A stretch of 64,000 bases of DNA. It comes from Planctomycetota bacterium (lineage in GTDB: Bacteria > Planctomycetota > UBA1135 > UBA2386). The DNA lies in the NCBI GenBank assembly GCA_046290465.1, contig JBKAGP010000001.1, positions 2,080,001 to 2,144,000 of the forward strand, read 5' to 3'. Within the stretch, counting starts at the first letter, position 1. The number at the start of each line of letters is the position of its first letter. A program made the translations under genes and the position numbers. Positions 42,289 through 52,201 of the stretch are shown here, piece by piece. The notes under the pieces were generated by a model. The model was not told the DNA's origin, made no database searches, and saw nothing but the letters and a program-made list of their open reading frames with translations.

Positions 42289-45174
42289 ATGAAGTTCCAG
42301 AACCAGGTCCTGAGCCTGCACAGCGACGCGCTCGCCGCGGACACGTTGATGGTCCAGAAGCTCTCCGGACGGGAGCAGATGAGCGGGCTGTTCCGCTTCG
42401 ATCTCGACCTGATCTGCAGCGACCCCGAGCTCGACCTCGAAGCCGTGCTGTACGCGCCCGCGAGGCTCGGCATCAAGGTGCAGGTCAAGATCGCCGGCGG
42501 CCAGGTCGGGATGTCGACCCGCGAGATCGCCGGCGTGTTCGAGGAATTCGAGCAGCTCGAGGAGGGGCAGGGCTGGACCAAGTACCGCGCCGTGCTGGTG
42601 CCGAAGCTGTGGAACACGACGCGTTCGTTCCGCAGCCGCATCTTCCAGGAGATGACCATCGAGGACGTCGTCCAGGCGGTGCTCGAGAAGGACGGCCTCG
42701 ATCCACAGCTCGACTTCGAGTTCCAGCTGCAGCGCCACGGCGACGAGGACCCTGAGACCAGGCCGATCTACCCCAAGCGCGAGTACGTCGTGCAATACGA
42801 GGAGAGCGACTGGAACTTCCTGGCGCGCTGGCTCGAGCACGAGGGCATCTACTTCTTCTTCAGCAACGAAGACGGCGAGGAGAAGGTGGTGTTCGCCGAC
42901 ACCGAGTCTGCGTACGCCGACTCGCCGTTCGGCTCGAGCTACCCGTATCGCCCCGAGGCCAAGGGCGAGGGAACGGACTCCGACAAGTTCACCGAAGAGG
43001 AGATCCGGAGCTTCCGGTGCCGGCAGACCCGCCTGCCGACCCAGGTCGCGGTCAACGACTACAACTGGCGCGTGCCGAGCGCGCGCCTGCACTTCACCGA
43101 GGACGTGCGTGAGGCCGGCACCGGCCTGCAGACCGAATACAACGACCACTTCAAGGACGAGGCCCAGGGCAAGGCCATCGCCAAGGTCCGTCGCGAAGAA
43201 CTCGAGTGCCGCGCCAAGGTGTTCTACGGCACCGGCAGCTGCCGCGCGTTCCGCCCTGGCACGACCTTCGCGCTGGAGGAGCACTTCCGCGACGACTTCA
43301 ACCGCAGCTACCTGCTGGTGTCGGTCGAGCACGAAGCCGAGCAGATGATCAGCCTGGAGTCGTCGACGATCACCGGGGTCAAGTACGAGAACACCTTCAC
43401 GGCGATCTCCGACGACCAGCCCTGGCGCCCGGAGCGACGCACCGAGTGGCCGTCGATCAAGGGCGTCATGCACGCCAAGGTCGACGCCGAGGGCGACGGC
43501 ACGTTCGCCGAGCTCGACGAGCACGGCCGCTACAAGCTCAAGATGCCGTTCGACGAGCACTCGGACGAGGCCGACGACGGCAAGGCCTCCCGCTGGGTCC
43601 GGATGGCGCAGCCCTACGCCGGGGTCAACGCGGGCATGCACTTCCCGCTGCTGAAGGGCACCGAGGTCCTGGTCACGCACATCGACGGCGACCCGGATCG
43701 GCCGATCATCAGCGGCGCGGTCCCGAACCCCGAGACCGAGAGCCCGGCGACCAACGCGACGCTGACGCGCAACGCGATGACCACGGCCAGCGGCAACACG
43801 ATGCAGATCGACGATGCGCCGGAGGCGCGCGGCTTCCTGATGGCGGACGCCAGCGGCTCGATCGTCGACGACCGTCGCCGCCACATGCCGCGCGGCTCGG
43901 CCGCGGCCAACGCGTCGTCACCGGGCGGCGGCAACGGCGCCGTGCGGCCCGCTGCCGATGGCGTAGCCCCCACCCCGGCCGCGCACGACGAACGGCCGGG
44001 CTCCGGAGCCGGCATGGCGCGCGGTGACGAGGACTTCGAGAACAAGGTGTCGCAGTGGGACGGCGACGCCCGCAGCGCCTGGCACACGTTCATGAGCGGC
44101 GACGCGCTGCGCGACATCAAGACGCGGGGCTGCTACCAGACGGACTCCGCGCCCGGCGACGGATCCGACGCCAACAGCCTCAGCACGGCCGACTGGTCGA
44201 GCCAGGGCGGCGTGCAGGGGCCGACCGACGACAACAACGCGCTCAACCACGCCGGCTTCAAGGAGATCCTCAAGAACCTGTCGACGGTCGCCGTCAACCT
44301 CGGCTACGAGGGCTTCTCCCGCGGCGGCGACCAGCGCGTCGGCCTGGCCGAGTTCTTCCGCCAGGTGCACAACTTCACCGGCGAGGCCTACGGCTCGCGC
44401 CTGCGCACCTGGGTCGGCGACGACTGGATGATCAAGTGGGGTGACAAGTACACCTACAACGATGTCACCAACGATGTCTCGATCGGCACCGGTGGTTTCG
44501 GCTGGAAGGAGGAGCACGGCGACACCGACGACCACAGCTGGCACTGGGGCACCGCCAAGAGCTACAGCCACCACACCGGAGACGACGTATCGCGCAGCTA
44601 CCGCAAGGGCCGGTGGGCGTCCGATTCGTATACCTACGGTGCGTTCGCCGCGTTCAACCTGCAGTTCGACGCGCACGCGACGTTCTCGTTGACCGGCTCG
44701 ATCCACACCGAAAACAGCATCGACCTCGGCGTCTACAACTCGAACTCGGTCTTCGTCGGGGTGAAGGGCGGCATCGAGGTGACCCTGGCGGCGCTGATCG
44801 ACACGCAGATCGGGCTGACCCGGACGTTCCTCGAGGTCGGCAGCGACAGCCGCCTGAAGATGACCAGGGAGGACGGTGTCTGGCTGACCAAGAGCGAGGC
44901 CGGACTGAAGGACTTCAAGGCGACCTTGAGCAAGACGGACGCCGCGCTGAAGTCCGAGGTCGCCGCGCTCAAGCGGGACATCGCCGCGCTGAGCAAGACG
45001 GACGCCGCCGTCAAGCAGACCGACGCCGCCGTCTCGCAGTCCGCCGCAGCGGTCAAGGACGACAAGGCGGCCGTCAACGCACAGCTCGCAGCGATCATGC
45101 GCAACAGCCTGTCGGCCTCGAGTTCGAGCCAGTCGGCCAGCAGCACCGAACTCAACGCGTTCAAGAGCATGTGA
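42289..45174 (+). CDS. vgrG: T6SS spike protein VgrG (TssI) with atypical C-terminus
   Basis: GREQMSGLFRF, SRIFQ, REYVVQYEESDWNFLARWLEHEGIYFFF, GRYK...FD, WVRMAQPYAG...HFPLLKGTEVLV...GDPDRPII. Confidence 0.95.
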   Translation: MKFQNQVLSLHSDALAADTLMVQKLSGREQMSGLFRFDLDLICSDPELDLEAVLYAPARLGIKVQVKIAGGQVGMSTREIAGVFEEFEQLEEGQGWTKYRAVLVPKLWNTTRSFRSRIFQEMTIEDVVQAVLEKDGLDPQLDFEFQLQRHGDEDPETRPIYPKREYVVQYEESDWNFLARWLEHEGIYFFFSNEDGEEKVVFADTESAYADSPFGSSYPYRPEAKGEGTDSDKFTEEEIRSFRCRQTRLPTQVAVNDYNWRVPSARLHFTEDVREAGTGLQTEYNDHFKDEAQGKAIAKVRREELECRAKVFYGTGSCRAFRPGTTFALEEHFRDDFNRSYLLVSVEHEAEQMISLESSTITGVKYENTFTAISDDQPWRPERRTEWPSIKGVMHAKVDAEGDGTFAELDEHGRYKLKMPFDEHSDEADDGKASRWVRMAQPYAGVNAGMHFPLLKGTEVLVTHIDGDPDRPIISGAVPNPETESPATNATLTRNAMTTASGNTMQIDDAPEARGFLMADASGSIVDDRRRHMPRGSAAANASSPGGGNGAVRPAADGVAPTPAAHDERPGSGAGMARGDEDFENKVSQWDGDARSAWHTFMSGDALRDIKTRGCYQTDSAPGDGSDANSLSTADWSSQGGVQGPTDDNNALNHAGFKEILKNLSTVAVNLGYEGFSRGGDQRVGLAEFFRQVHNFTGEAYGSRLRTWVGDDWMIKWGDKYTYNDVTNDVSIGTGGFGWKEEHGDTDDHSWHWGTAKSYSHHTGDDVSRSYRKGRWASDSYTYGAFAAFNLQFDAHATFSLTGSIHTENSIDLGVYNSNSVFVGVKGGIEVTLAALIDTQIGLTRTFLEVGSDSRLKMTREDGVWLTKSEAGLKDFKATLSKTDAALKSEVAALKRDIAALSKTDAAVKQTDAAVSQSAAAVKDDKAAVNAQLAAIMRNSLSASSSSQSASSTELNAFKSM

Positions 45175-45178
45175 CGCC

Positions 45179-48100
45179 GTGATCCATCAGAACCTGACAC
45201 CATTCGCGTGGGGACCCGTGGTCACCTCGCGCAAGGACAAGGACGTCGAGCTGGCGGTCTGCGTGCGGGGCACGTACACGCTCGTTCCCGGCGAACCGCC
45301 GGCGCCGATCGAGGACCCGCTCGAGCGCGGCTTCATGAGCGGCGAGACCTTCGCCGACGAGGACATCAACCAGCTCGGCGCGTCGCTGCGCGGCGACGAC
45401 TTCGCCCACTGGAAGCTGCACGGGGAGGCGCTGTTGCGCGGCAGCTTCCACCACGCGGACGGCACCGGTCGCGAGGGGGTCGCGCGGTTCTCGGTCGGAA
45501 CCTGGTCGAAGCAGATCCACGTGACCGGACCGCGCGCCTACAAGAAGGGCATGTTGCTCGGCGGCTCCGCTGGCGAACCGCAGCCGTTTCGGAGCATGCC
45601 GTTGACGTGGGAGAACGCCTATGGCGGCGCCGGCTACGCCAGCAACCCGGTCGGGCGCGGCTTCACCGGCGAGGAGCTGCCGACGCTGTCCTTGCCCGGC
45701 CAGCCGGTCCGCAAGATCGGCCAGCGTGACGTTCCGCCGGCGACGTTCCTGCCGATCAGTTCGCACTGGCCGCAGCGCAGCGGCAAGCGCGGCCGCAACT
45801 ACGGCAAGCAGTGGCAGAAGGCCCGCGCGCCGTTCTTCAGCGACGACTTCGACTGGACCTACTACCAGTCCGCACCACCCGACCAGTGGGTCGAGGGCTA
45901 CTGGCGCGGCGACGAGACGCTGACGTTCGAGAACCTGCACCCGACGCAGGCTCGCTGGCAGACGCAGCTGCCGGCGGTGCGCGTGCGGTCGTTCGTCAAG
46001 ACGACCGACGGCCGCATCCACGAGCCGGACATGCACCTCGACACCGTGTTCGCCGACGTCGACGACGGCAAGCTCTACCTGACCTGGCGGGGCCATGCGC
46101 CGATCCAGCGGATCGACATGACCGACGTCGCCGTCGTGTTGCTGGCACACGAGCCGCTCGCGGACGCGCCGACCGATGCGCAGGTCTACATCGACCAGCT
46201 GAAGGCGTTCGAGGACGACCCGGTCGGGCTGAAGGCTGCGTTCCCCGCGGGCTTCCTGATGTTCGCCGACGCCATCGAAGCCGTCGAGCAGGCGGAACTC
46301 GACGGAACGCCGATGCCCGACCTGCAGAAGGTGCAGGACGAACTGCCGCCCGAGTGCCCGATGCCGCCGTGGTTCCTGGCCGCCGTCGCCGGCGACGAGG
46401 ACCCTCTGGGCATCGAGGACAAGTTTCCGCCGGGCATGTTGGACGGCTCCGCAGCACCGGGGGCGGCCGAGGCCGGCGGGCTCGCCGATCCCGACACGCA
46501 GGCCGGCATGTTCGCCGACCTGGAGAAGCTCGGGGACGATCCGGGCCTCGCCGCCGAACTGCTCGACGGCATCGTCGGCCTGCTTCCGGCCGACAAGCAG
46601 GCCGGCCTCAAGGAGGGCATCCGCGCGCTCGCCGAGACGCTCGACGCGGTCAAGGCGGACGCGGGCGCCGACGTCTTCACCAAGGCGGCCACGGCCGCGA
46701 AGTCGTCACCTCCGGCGAAGCCTGCGGCGGAGAGCTACGGCGACATGATGGCCACCGCCAACGAACAGGTGTCGATCGCCGGCGACGCGGCCGACACCGC
46801 CGAGACCGCAGCCAAGGTCCAGGAGGCCCAGGCCAACCTCGACAAGGCGCCGCAGTCGCTCGACGATGCAGTGGCGCAGGGCCTGAAGCCGCTCGAGGAC
46901 ATCGACATCCCCGACGTCCCCGACCTGCCGGACGGCGACGCCGTGCTCGCGGAGCAGGCCGCGATGATCGATCGCGAAGAGGCGCGCATGCGCGACAAGC
47001 TCGGCGACCATCCGATGCTCGGCATCTTCGCGATGGGTCGCAACCTGATCGAGAACGCGCCGCGCCCCGGACAGCTCGCGCCCGACCTCAGCGCGATCCC
47101 CGCGGGGCTGCAGCGCGCCCAGCAAGCGCTCGCCGCGCAGGGTGTGTCGGCCGCCGCCATGGCGCCGCTTTCCGCGCTGATCGCCAAGGTCCAGACGCTG
47201 GTCGACAACTGCCCCAAACCGGACCCGCTGCCCGAAGGCGAGTTCGTGGCGCAGGACCTGCGTCGCCGTGACTTCTCGGGACAGGATCTGCGCGGGCAAA
47301 CCTTCTGCAAGGCCGACCTGACCGGCGCGCTGTTCTGCTCGGCGGACCTGACCGGCGCCGACTTCACCCAGGCGGACCTGACCAAGGCGGACCTGACCGG
47401 AGCGACGCTGACGGAGGCGACGTTCAAGCGCGCCAACCTGAGCAAGGCGCAGTTCACGAACGTCACGGCTCCGCGCGCTTCGTTCGCCGACGCCGACATC
47501 ACGGCGACGGACTTCGCCAACGCCGACCTGACCGGCGCGAAGTTCACCAACGCCCGCGGCGAGAAGGCCGACTTCGGCTCCGCCACGCTGATCGACGCAG
47601 ACGCGAGGTTCAGCGACCTGTCCAAGGCCGACCTCCGAGCTGCCGACCTCACCCGCGCAAACCTGTCGTTCGCGACCCTGCACCTGGTCAAGGCCGACCG
47701 CGCCGACCTGACCGAAGCCAACCTCGAACTCTGCAAGCTGACCCGCTCGCGACTGCATGACGCCGTGCTGCGGAACAGCCGCTCCACGATGGCCTTCTTC
47801 ACCGCGAGCAACCTGACCGGCGCCGACCTGCGCGGCTGCCGCTACGAGAAGTGCGACTTCTCCAAGGCGACGCTGGACCGCGCCGACCTGCGGGGCTCGG
47901 ACCTGAGCCACACCCTGTTCCGCGACGCCATCGCCACCGCGGCCGACTTCCGTGAGGCGGTGCTGACCGGCTGCTCCACCACCGGCGAAGCCCGCTTCAC
48001 GCAGTGCGACTTCCGGCATGCAGAGGGGCCGCGCAGCGTCTGGATGGATGTCGAGCTGACCGGCTCGACGTTCCGACACGGGGACTTCGGGCACGCCTAC

Positions 48101-48382
48101 TTCGACGGCGCCCGGGGCAGCGACATCGACTTCGTGGCGACGGGCCTGAAGTACGCCAACTTCCGCCGCGTCGAACTGTGCCGGGTGTCGTTCGCGTTCG
48201 CGGACCTCGCCGGGGCCGTGTTCCAGGACGCGACCGTCGACGACGGCGACTTCCAGCGCAGCAACTGCTACGACGCCAAGTTCCTCGGCGCCCGCGCCAC
48301 CCGCTGCCGCTTCTCCGATGCATTCCTGGTCGGCGTGCAGCTCGACGACCCCGACAACGAACCACCCGGAGGTGACCGATGA
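45179..48382 (+). CDS. DUF2169 + acidic linker + pentapeptide-repeat protein (TagAB-like)
   Basis: MPLTWENAYGG, NPVGRGF, WPQR, PFFSDDFDWTYYQSAPPDQ, LENLHP-like, LDTV...LTWR, followed by A(D/N)Lxx repeats. Confidence 0.88.
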   Translation: MIHQNLTPFAWGPVVTSRKDKDVELAVCVRGTYTLVPGEPPAPIEDPLERGFMSGETFADEDINQLGASLRGDDFAHWKLHGEALLRGSFHHADGTGREGVARFSVGTWSKQIHVTGPRAYKKGMLLGGSAGEPQPFRSMPLTWENAYGGAGYASNPVGRGFTGEELPTLSLPGQPVRKIGQRDVPPATFLPISSHWPQRSGKRGRNYGKQWQKARAPFFSDDFDWTYYQSAPPDQWVEGYWRGDETLTFENLHPTQARWQTQLPAVRVRSFVKTTDGRIHEPDMHLDTVFADVDDGKLYLTWRGHAPIQRIDMTDVAVVLLAHEPLADAPTDAQVYIDQLKAFEDDPVGLKAAFPAGFLMFADAIEAVEQAELDGTPMPDLQKVQDELPPECPMPPWFLAAVAGDEDPLGIEDKFPPGMLDGSAAPGAAEAGGLADPDTQAGMFADLEKLGDDPGLAAELLDGIVGLLPADKQAGLKEGIRALAETLDAVKADAGADVFTKAATAAKSSPPAKPAAESYGDMMATANEQVSIAGDAADTAETAAKVQEAQANLDKAPQSLDDAVAQGLKPLEDIDIPDVPDLPDGDAVLAEQAAMIDREEARMRDKLGDHPMLGIFAMGRNLIENAPRPGQLAPDLSAIPAGLQRAQQALAAQGVSAAAMAPLSALIAKVQTLVDNCPKPDPLPEGEFVAQDLRRRDFSGQDLRGQTFCKADLTGALFCSADLTGADFTQADLTKADLTGATLTEATFKRANLSKAQFTNVTAPRASFADADITATDFANADLTGAKFTNARGEKADFGSATLIDADARFSDLSKADLRAADLTRANLSFATLHLVKADRADLTEANLELCKLTRSRLHDAVLRNSRSTMAFFTASNLTGADLRGCRYEKCDFSKATLDRADLRGSDLSHTLFRDAIATAADFREAVLTGCSTTGEARFTQCDFRHAEGPRSVWMDVELTGSTFRHGDFGHAYFDGARGSDIDFVATGLKYANFRRVELCRVSFAFADLAGAVFQDATVDDGDFQRSNCYDAKFLGARATRCRFSDAFLVGVQLDDPDNEPPGGDR

Positions 48383-50517
48383 CCTGGGGATCGCTCGACC
48401 GCGACACGGTCCTGCAGCGCATCGCCGGCGGCGAGCCGCTCGCCGACTGCTCGTTGTCCGACCTCGACCTCGGTGGCCAGTCGCTGCGCGGCGCGAACTT
48501 CGACGGCGCCGTGCTCGAGCGGATCGACCTCCGCGGCTGCGACCTGACCGGCGCCAGCTTCCGCGGGACCACGCTGCTGGACTGCCAGTTCGCCGAAGCG
48601 ACGCTGGCGGGTTCGCAGTGGTCCGGCTGCCATGCCCTGCAATCCGACTTCGCGAACCTCGACTTCGCCGGAGCAGAGGTGATCGGGAGCCAGTTCGTGC
48701 AGTGCCACCTACCGCACGCGAAGTTCGACGAGGTCCGCCTCGACCAGACGACCTTCGCGTCGTGCGCGATGTCGCGAGCGAGCTTTGCCGGGGCCAGCCT
48801 GCGCAGCGCCGTGCTCGCGCAGTGCGAGCTCGACGGCGCGCAGCTGGCCGGAGCCGACCTGACCGAAGCGACGCTCGCGCTGTCGAACCTCGAAGGCGCC
48901 GTGCTGCGCGATTGCAAGCTCGGGTTCGCGTCGCCGGCCAAGGCCAACCTGCAGGGTGCCGACCTGCGCGGCGCCGACCTCAACGAGACGATGCTCGCCG
49001 GCGCCGACCTGCGCCGTGCCGACCTGCGTGAGTGCAAGATGTCGCAGTCGCTGTTCGCCAACGCCGACCTTCGCGGCGCGCTGCTGCCGGCCGGCGAACT
49101 GCAGGGCCTGATGTTCAACAACGCCGACCTGACCGGCTGCGACCTGTCGCAGACCAGCCTGGTCAAGTGCATGCTCAACGGCGCGGTGCTCGACGCGGTG
49201 ACGTTCGGCGACGGGCAGGCGATCCGCGAGTGCCTCGCCAACGGTGCGTCGTTCCAGCACGCCACCTTCGCTCGCCTGCAGCTCGAACAGACCGTGATGG
49301 AGGACGCCGACCTGCGCGGAGCGGACCTGTCGCAGGCGACCGTCGCAACGACGCGCATGCCGCGCAGCGACCTGCGCGGAGCGCGCCTGCCCGAACGGCT
49401 GGTCGACTGCTCGTTCGCGCACGGTCGCCTCGACCCCGACACGTTGCGCGGCAAGGTGCTGACCGGCGCCGACCTCGAGGGCATCGACTTCGCCGGCTAC
49501 TGCTTCGACGGGTGCGACCTGCACCGCGCGTCGTTCCAGGGCTGCAACGTGCAGGGAGCCAGCTTCCGCGGCGCCCGGCTCGAGGCAGCCAACCTGCAGG
49601 AGTGCGACCTCGCCGGCGTCGACTTCACCGATGCGGACCTGCGGCACGCCCGCTTCGGCAAGGCGCGACTCGCCGGTGTCGACCTGTCGGGCCATGACCT
49701 GACCATGACGCAGTTCCGGGAGGCCGACCTGACCGGCGCCGACCTGACCGGCTGCGACCTGTCGATCGCCGACTTCGGCGACGCGAGGCTCGACCGCGCC
49801 AACCTCAGCCGCGTGCGTATGAACGGCGGCAGCCTGGCCCACGCCTCGATCGAGGGCCTCGTGCTCGAGAACGCCGAGCTGCACGGTGATCTCAGCGAAC
49901 TCGACTACGACCACCTGACGTTCCGCGGCCAGACCTTCAGCCGCTGTTCGTTCCGCGGCGCGGACCTCAGCGGACGCGACCTGTCCGGCTGCGACCTGAC
50001 CCAGAGCCTGTTCCACATGGCGAACCTCGCCGGCGCGAAGTTCACCGGCAGCCGCCTGCACCTGGCGAACTTCTGCGAGGCCGACCTCAGCGACGCCGAC
50101 TTCGAAGGCGTGACCGCGACGATCGCGAACTTCGCCAGGGCCACGATGCACGGGACCAGGCTGCGCGGAGCGAACCTGCGCAACGCGATCCTGCCCGAGG
50201 CCGAAGCGCTGCGTTGCGACTTCGGCGGGTGCGATCTGCGCGAGTCCGTCTGGACCCGGGCGGACCTGACCGGCAGCAGCTTCGTCGGGGCCAACCTGAC
50301 GCACGCCGAGATGAGCTACGCCACGCTCGACGGCTGCGATCTCGACATGAGTGATCTGACCTGGGCCAACCTGCACGGCGTGCTCGAGAAGGAGACGCGC
50401 TGGGGCAAGGCGATCCGCAGCAAGGCGCGCAAGACCGACGACGATCGCCTGCATGGCGAACACGGCTTCCGTCGCCCGACGCCCGAAGAACTCGAACGGA
50501 TGGGGATCGACCCATGA
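48379..50517 (+). CDS. pentapeptide-repeat protein (TagB-like)
   Basis: Nearly the whole 712 aa is A(D/N)(L/F)xx repeats; ATGA-coupled to its neighbours. Confidence 0.92.
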   Translation: MTWGSLDRDTVLQRIAGGEPLADCSLSDLDLGGQSLRGANFDGAVLERIDLRGCDLTGASFRGTTLLDCQFAEATLAGSQWSGCHALQSDFANLDFAGAEVIGSQFVQCHLPHAKFDEVRLDQTTFASCAMSRASFAGASLRSAVLAQCELDGAQLAGADLTEATLALSNLEGAVLRDCKLGFASPAKANLQGADLRGADLNETMLAGADLRRADLRECKMSQSLFANADLRGALLPAGELQGLMFNNADLTGCDLSQTSLVKCMLNGAVLDAVTFGDGQAIRECLANGASFQHATFARLQLEQTVMEDADLRGADLSQATVATTRMPRSDLRGARLPERLVDCSFAHGRLDPDTLRGKVLTGADLEGIDFAGYCFDGCDLHRASFQGCNVQGASFRGARLEAANLQECDLAGVDFTDADLRHARFGKARLAGVDLSGHDLTMTQFREADLTGADLTGCDLSIADFGDARLDRANLSRVRMNGGSLAHASIEGLVLENAELHGDLSELDYDHLTFRGQTFSRCSFRGADLSGRDLSGCDLTQSLFHMANLAGAKFTGSRLHLANFCEADLSDADFEGVTATIANFARATMHGTRLRGANLRNAILPEAEALRCDFGGCDLRESVWTRADLTGSSFVGANLTHAEMSYATLDGCDLDMSDLTWANLHGVLEKETRWGKAIRSKARKTDDDRLHGEHGFRRPTPEELERMGIDP

Positions 50518-51446
50518 TGCCAGCGGCCAACCAGGGGGTCGGGATGAACCTGGGCTTTCCGGACGTCTGCACGACGCCGGCAGCTCCTGCCCCGATCCCG
50601 ATCCCGTATCCGAACATCGGCATGAACGCGATGGCGATGCCGTTCGTGCCCAACGTGCTGGTGTCGTTCGCGCCGGCGCAGAACATGGCGGCCAAACCAC
50701 TGCTGACCAATGGCGACAACGCCGGCGTCGCCCACCCCTTGTTCATGCAGCCGGGCGGGACCACCGTCGGCAAGCCCAACCTGCTGGTCGGCGGCATGCC
50801 GGCAGGCCACCTGACCAACCCGACCTACGGCAACAACTTCAACAACCCGGTCGGCGCCAAGATCGTGCCCAGCATCACCAACGTGCTGATGGGCTACACC
50901 CCGTCGCTGACCCCGTCGCAACGGGCGTTCGGCGCGCGCCTGGTCCGCTCGGAGGGCAGCTCGATGCGCTGCACGGCCGGCCTGCTGCAGCTCCGGATCC
51001 CGTGCATCGGCCTCGGCACCGACCGGTGGCTCGCGCGGGGCCTGTCGCGGCTGCGCGGCGTCGCGATCCGCGCCGTCGCGCTCGACCTGCGTGGCAATCC
51101 CGGAGGCGTGATCACGGTCGCGGCCCGGCTCGCGCTGCTGCTGCTGCGCCTCGATGTGCCGATCGCCGTCGCCATCGACCGCGACACCGCATCCGCCGCC
51201 GAACTGCTCGCCACGGCGCTCGACGCCCGCACGTTCGGAGAGCGCTCCTTCGGCAAGGCCCGGGCGACGACGTTCGACGTGCACGCCGCGGACCTGTCGG
51301 CCCGCGGCGATGCCCCGACGGTGACGTTCGCACGAGCCGGCGGCGAGACCATCGACGGCGTCGGCCTGCCCCCCGACCAGCCGTGCGCACCCGAGCAGGC
51401 CCACGCCGAGTCGATCGCGTGGCTGCAGACCCGCCGAGCGACATGA
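50514..51446 (+). CDS. DUF4150 (PAAR-like, PIPY motif) domain fused to S41-family peptidase domain
   Basis: N-terminal FPDVCTTP...PIPIPYPN...GDNAG...N; C-terminal ALDLRGNPGG, TASAAE, GERSFGK, IDGVGLPPD. Confidence 0.82.
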   Translation: MMPAANQGVGMNLGFPDVCTTPAAPAPIPIPYPNIGMNAMAMPFVPNVLVSFAPAQNMAAKPLLTNGDNAGVAHPLFMQPGGTTVGKPNLLVGGMPAGHLTNPTYGNNFNNPVGAKIVPSITNVLMGYTPSLTPSQRAFGARLVRSEGSSMRCTAGLLQLRIPCIGLGTDRWLARGLSRLRGVAIRAVALDLRGNPGGVITVAARLALLLLRLDVPIAVAIDRDTASAAELLATALDARTFGERSFGKARATTFDVHAADLSARGDAPTVTFARAGGETIDGVGLPPDQPCAPEQAHAESIAWLQTRRAT

Positions 51447-52201
51447 CGGATCCATCGAACAACACCACCGACTGGCTGCAGGCATTCCTGCCGCTCGGCA
51501 CCGTTCGCAGCGACAGCTGGGAGCCGCGCGGCGGCGGCGTGCTGATCCTCGACCGTCCGGTCGTCTGGCTGGTCACCGGGCGCCAGGTCGTCGACCCGGT
51601 CGGCGACGAGGAGCTGGCCACCTGGATCCCGAACGAACGGGGCGTCGGGTTGCTCAACCTGACGCGCAACCAGCGCCAGACCGGCATGCCGTGGGTCCAC
51701 CACCCGGTCGGACTCAGCGCGGCCATGCTGCCGCTCGACCCGAGCTTCCGCATCAAGGCGTTCGCCGAGACCCAGTGCACGCGCGTTCGCGACCTGCAGC
51801 CGATGCAGCCGGCCGCCTCCGTCGGTCGACTCTACGGCCCCGACATCGCGCCCGACCAGGCCGCGCCGCCGGCGGTGCTCGACGGCATCATCTCGGCCGC
51901 CGACGCGAAGTCCGGCTCGATCTTCACGACCGCGCCGATGCTGCCGCGCAACCTCGGCGCTCCGCTCGTGCTGGCGTCGCCCTACGGTGGCCCGGTCACG
52001 CTCGCCGGCATCCTGCTCGGCAACACGATGGTCAACGAACCCGACCCGCGCATGCTGCCCGTTCGCCTCGGCCGGGCCATCTGCGTCGACGCCGCATGGG
52101 AACTGGTCCGCGGTGCGGAAGCCTCCGAGCAGCGTCGACGGGTCACGGCCAGTGAGGGATCCGACGACGCCGAGCGCAGCGACGAGGAGCCAACCGCATG
52201 A
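51443..52201 (+). CDS. trypsin-like fold protein with degenerate catalytic triad
   Basis: ATG at 51443 overlaps the upstream TGA. GGGVLI...WLVTGRQVV, WVHHPVGLSAAM, DGIIS...IFTTAPMLPRNLGAPL...LAGI. Confidence 0.65.
   Translation: MTDPSNNTTDWLQAFLPLGTVRSDSWEPRGGGVLILDRPVVWLVTGRQVVDPVGDEELATWIPNERGVGLLNLTRNQRQTGMPWVHHPVGLSAAMLPLDPSFRIKAFAETQCTRVRDLQPMQPAASVGRLYGPDIAPDQAAPPAVLDGIISAADAKSGSIFTTAPMLPRNLGAPLVLASPYGGPVTLAGILLGNTMVNEPDPRMLPVRLGRAICVDAAWELVRGAEASEQRRRVTASEGSDDAERSDEEPTA

Noticed and set aside
47230..50400. Pentapeptide proteins as Qnr/MfpA quinolone-resistance genes
   Set aside because: Their length, the DUF2169 fusion and the vgrG-PAAR context indicate T6SS TagAB/TagB-type accessories.
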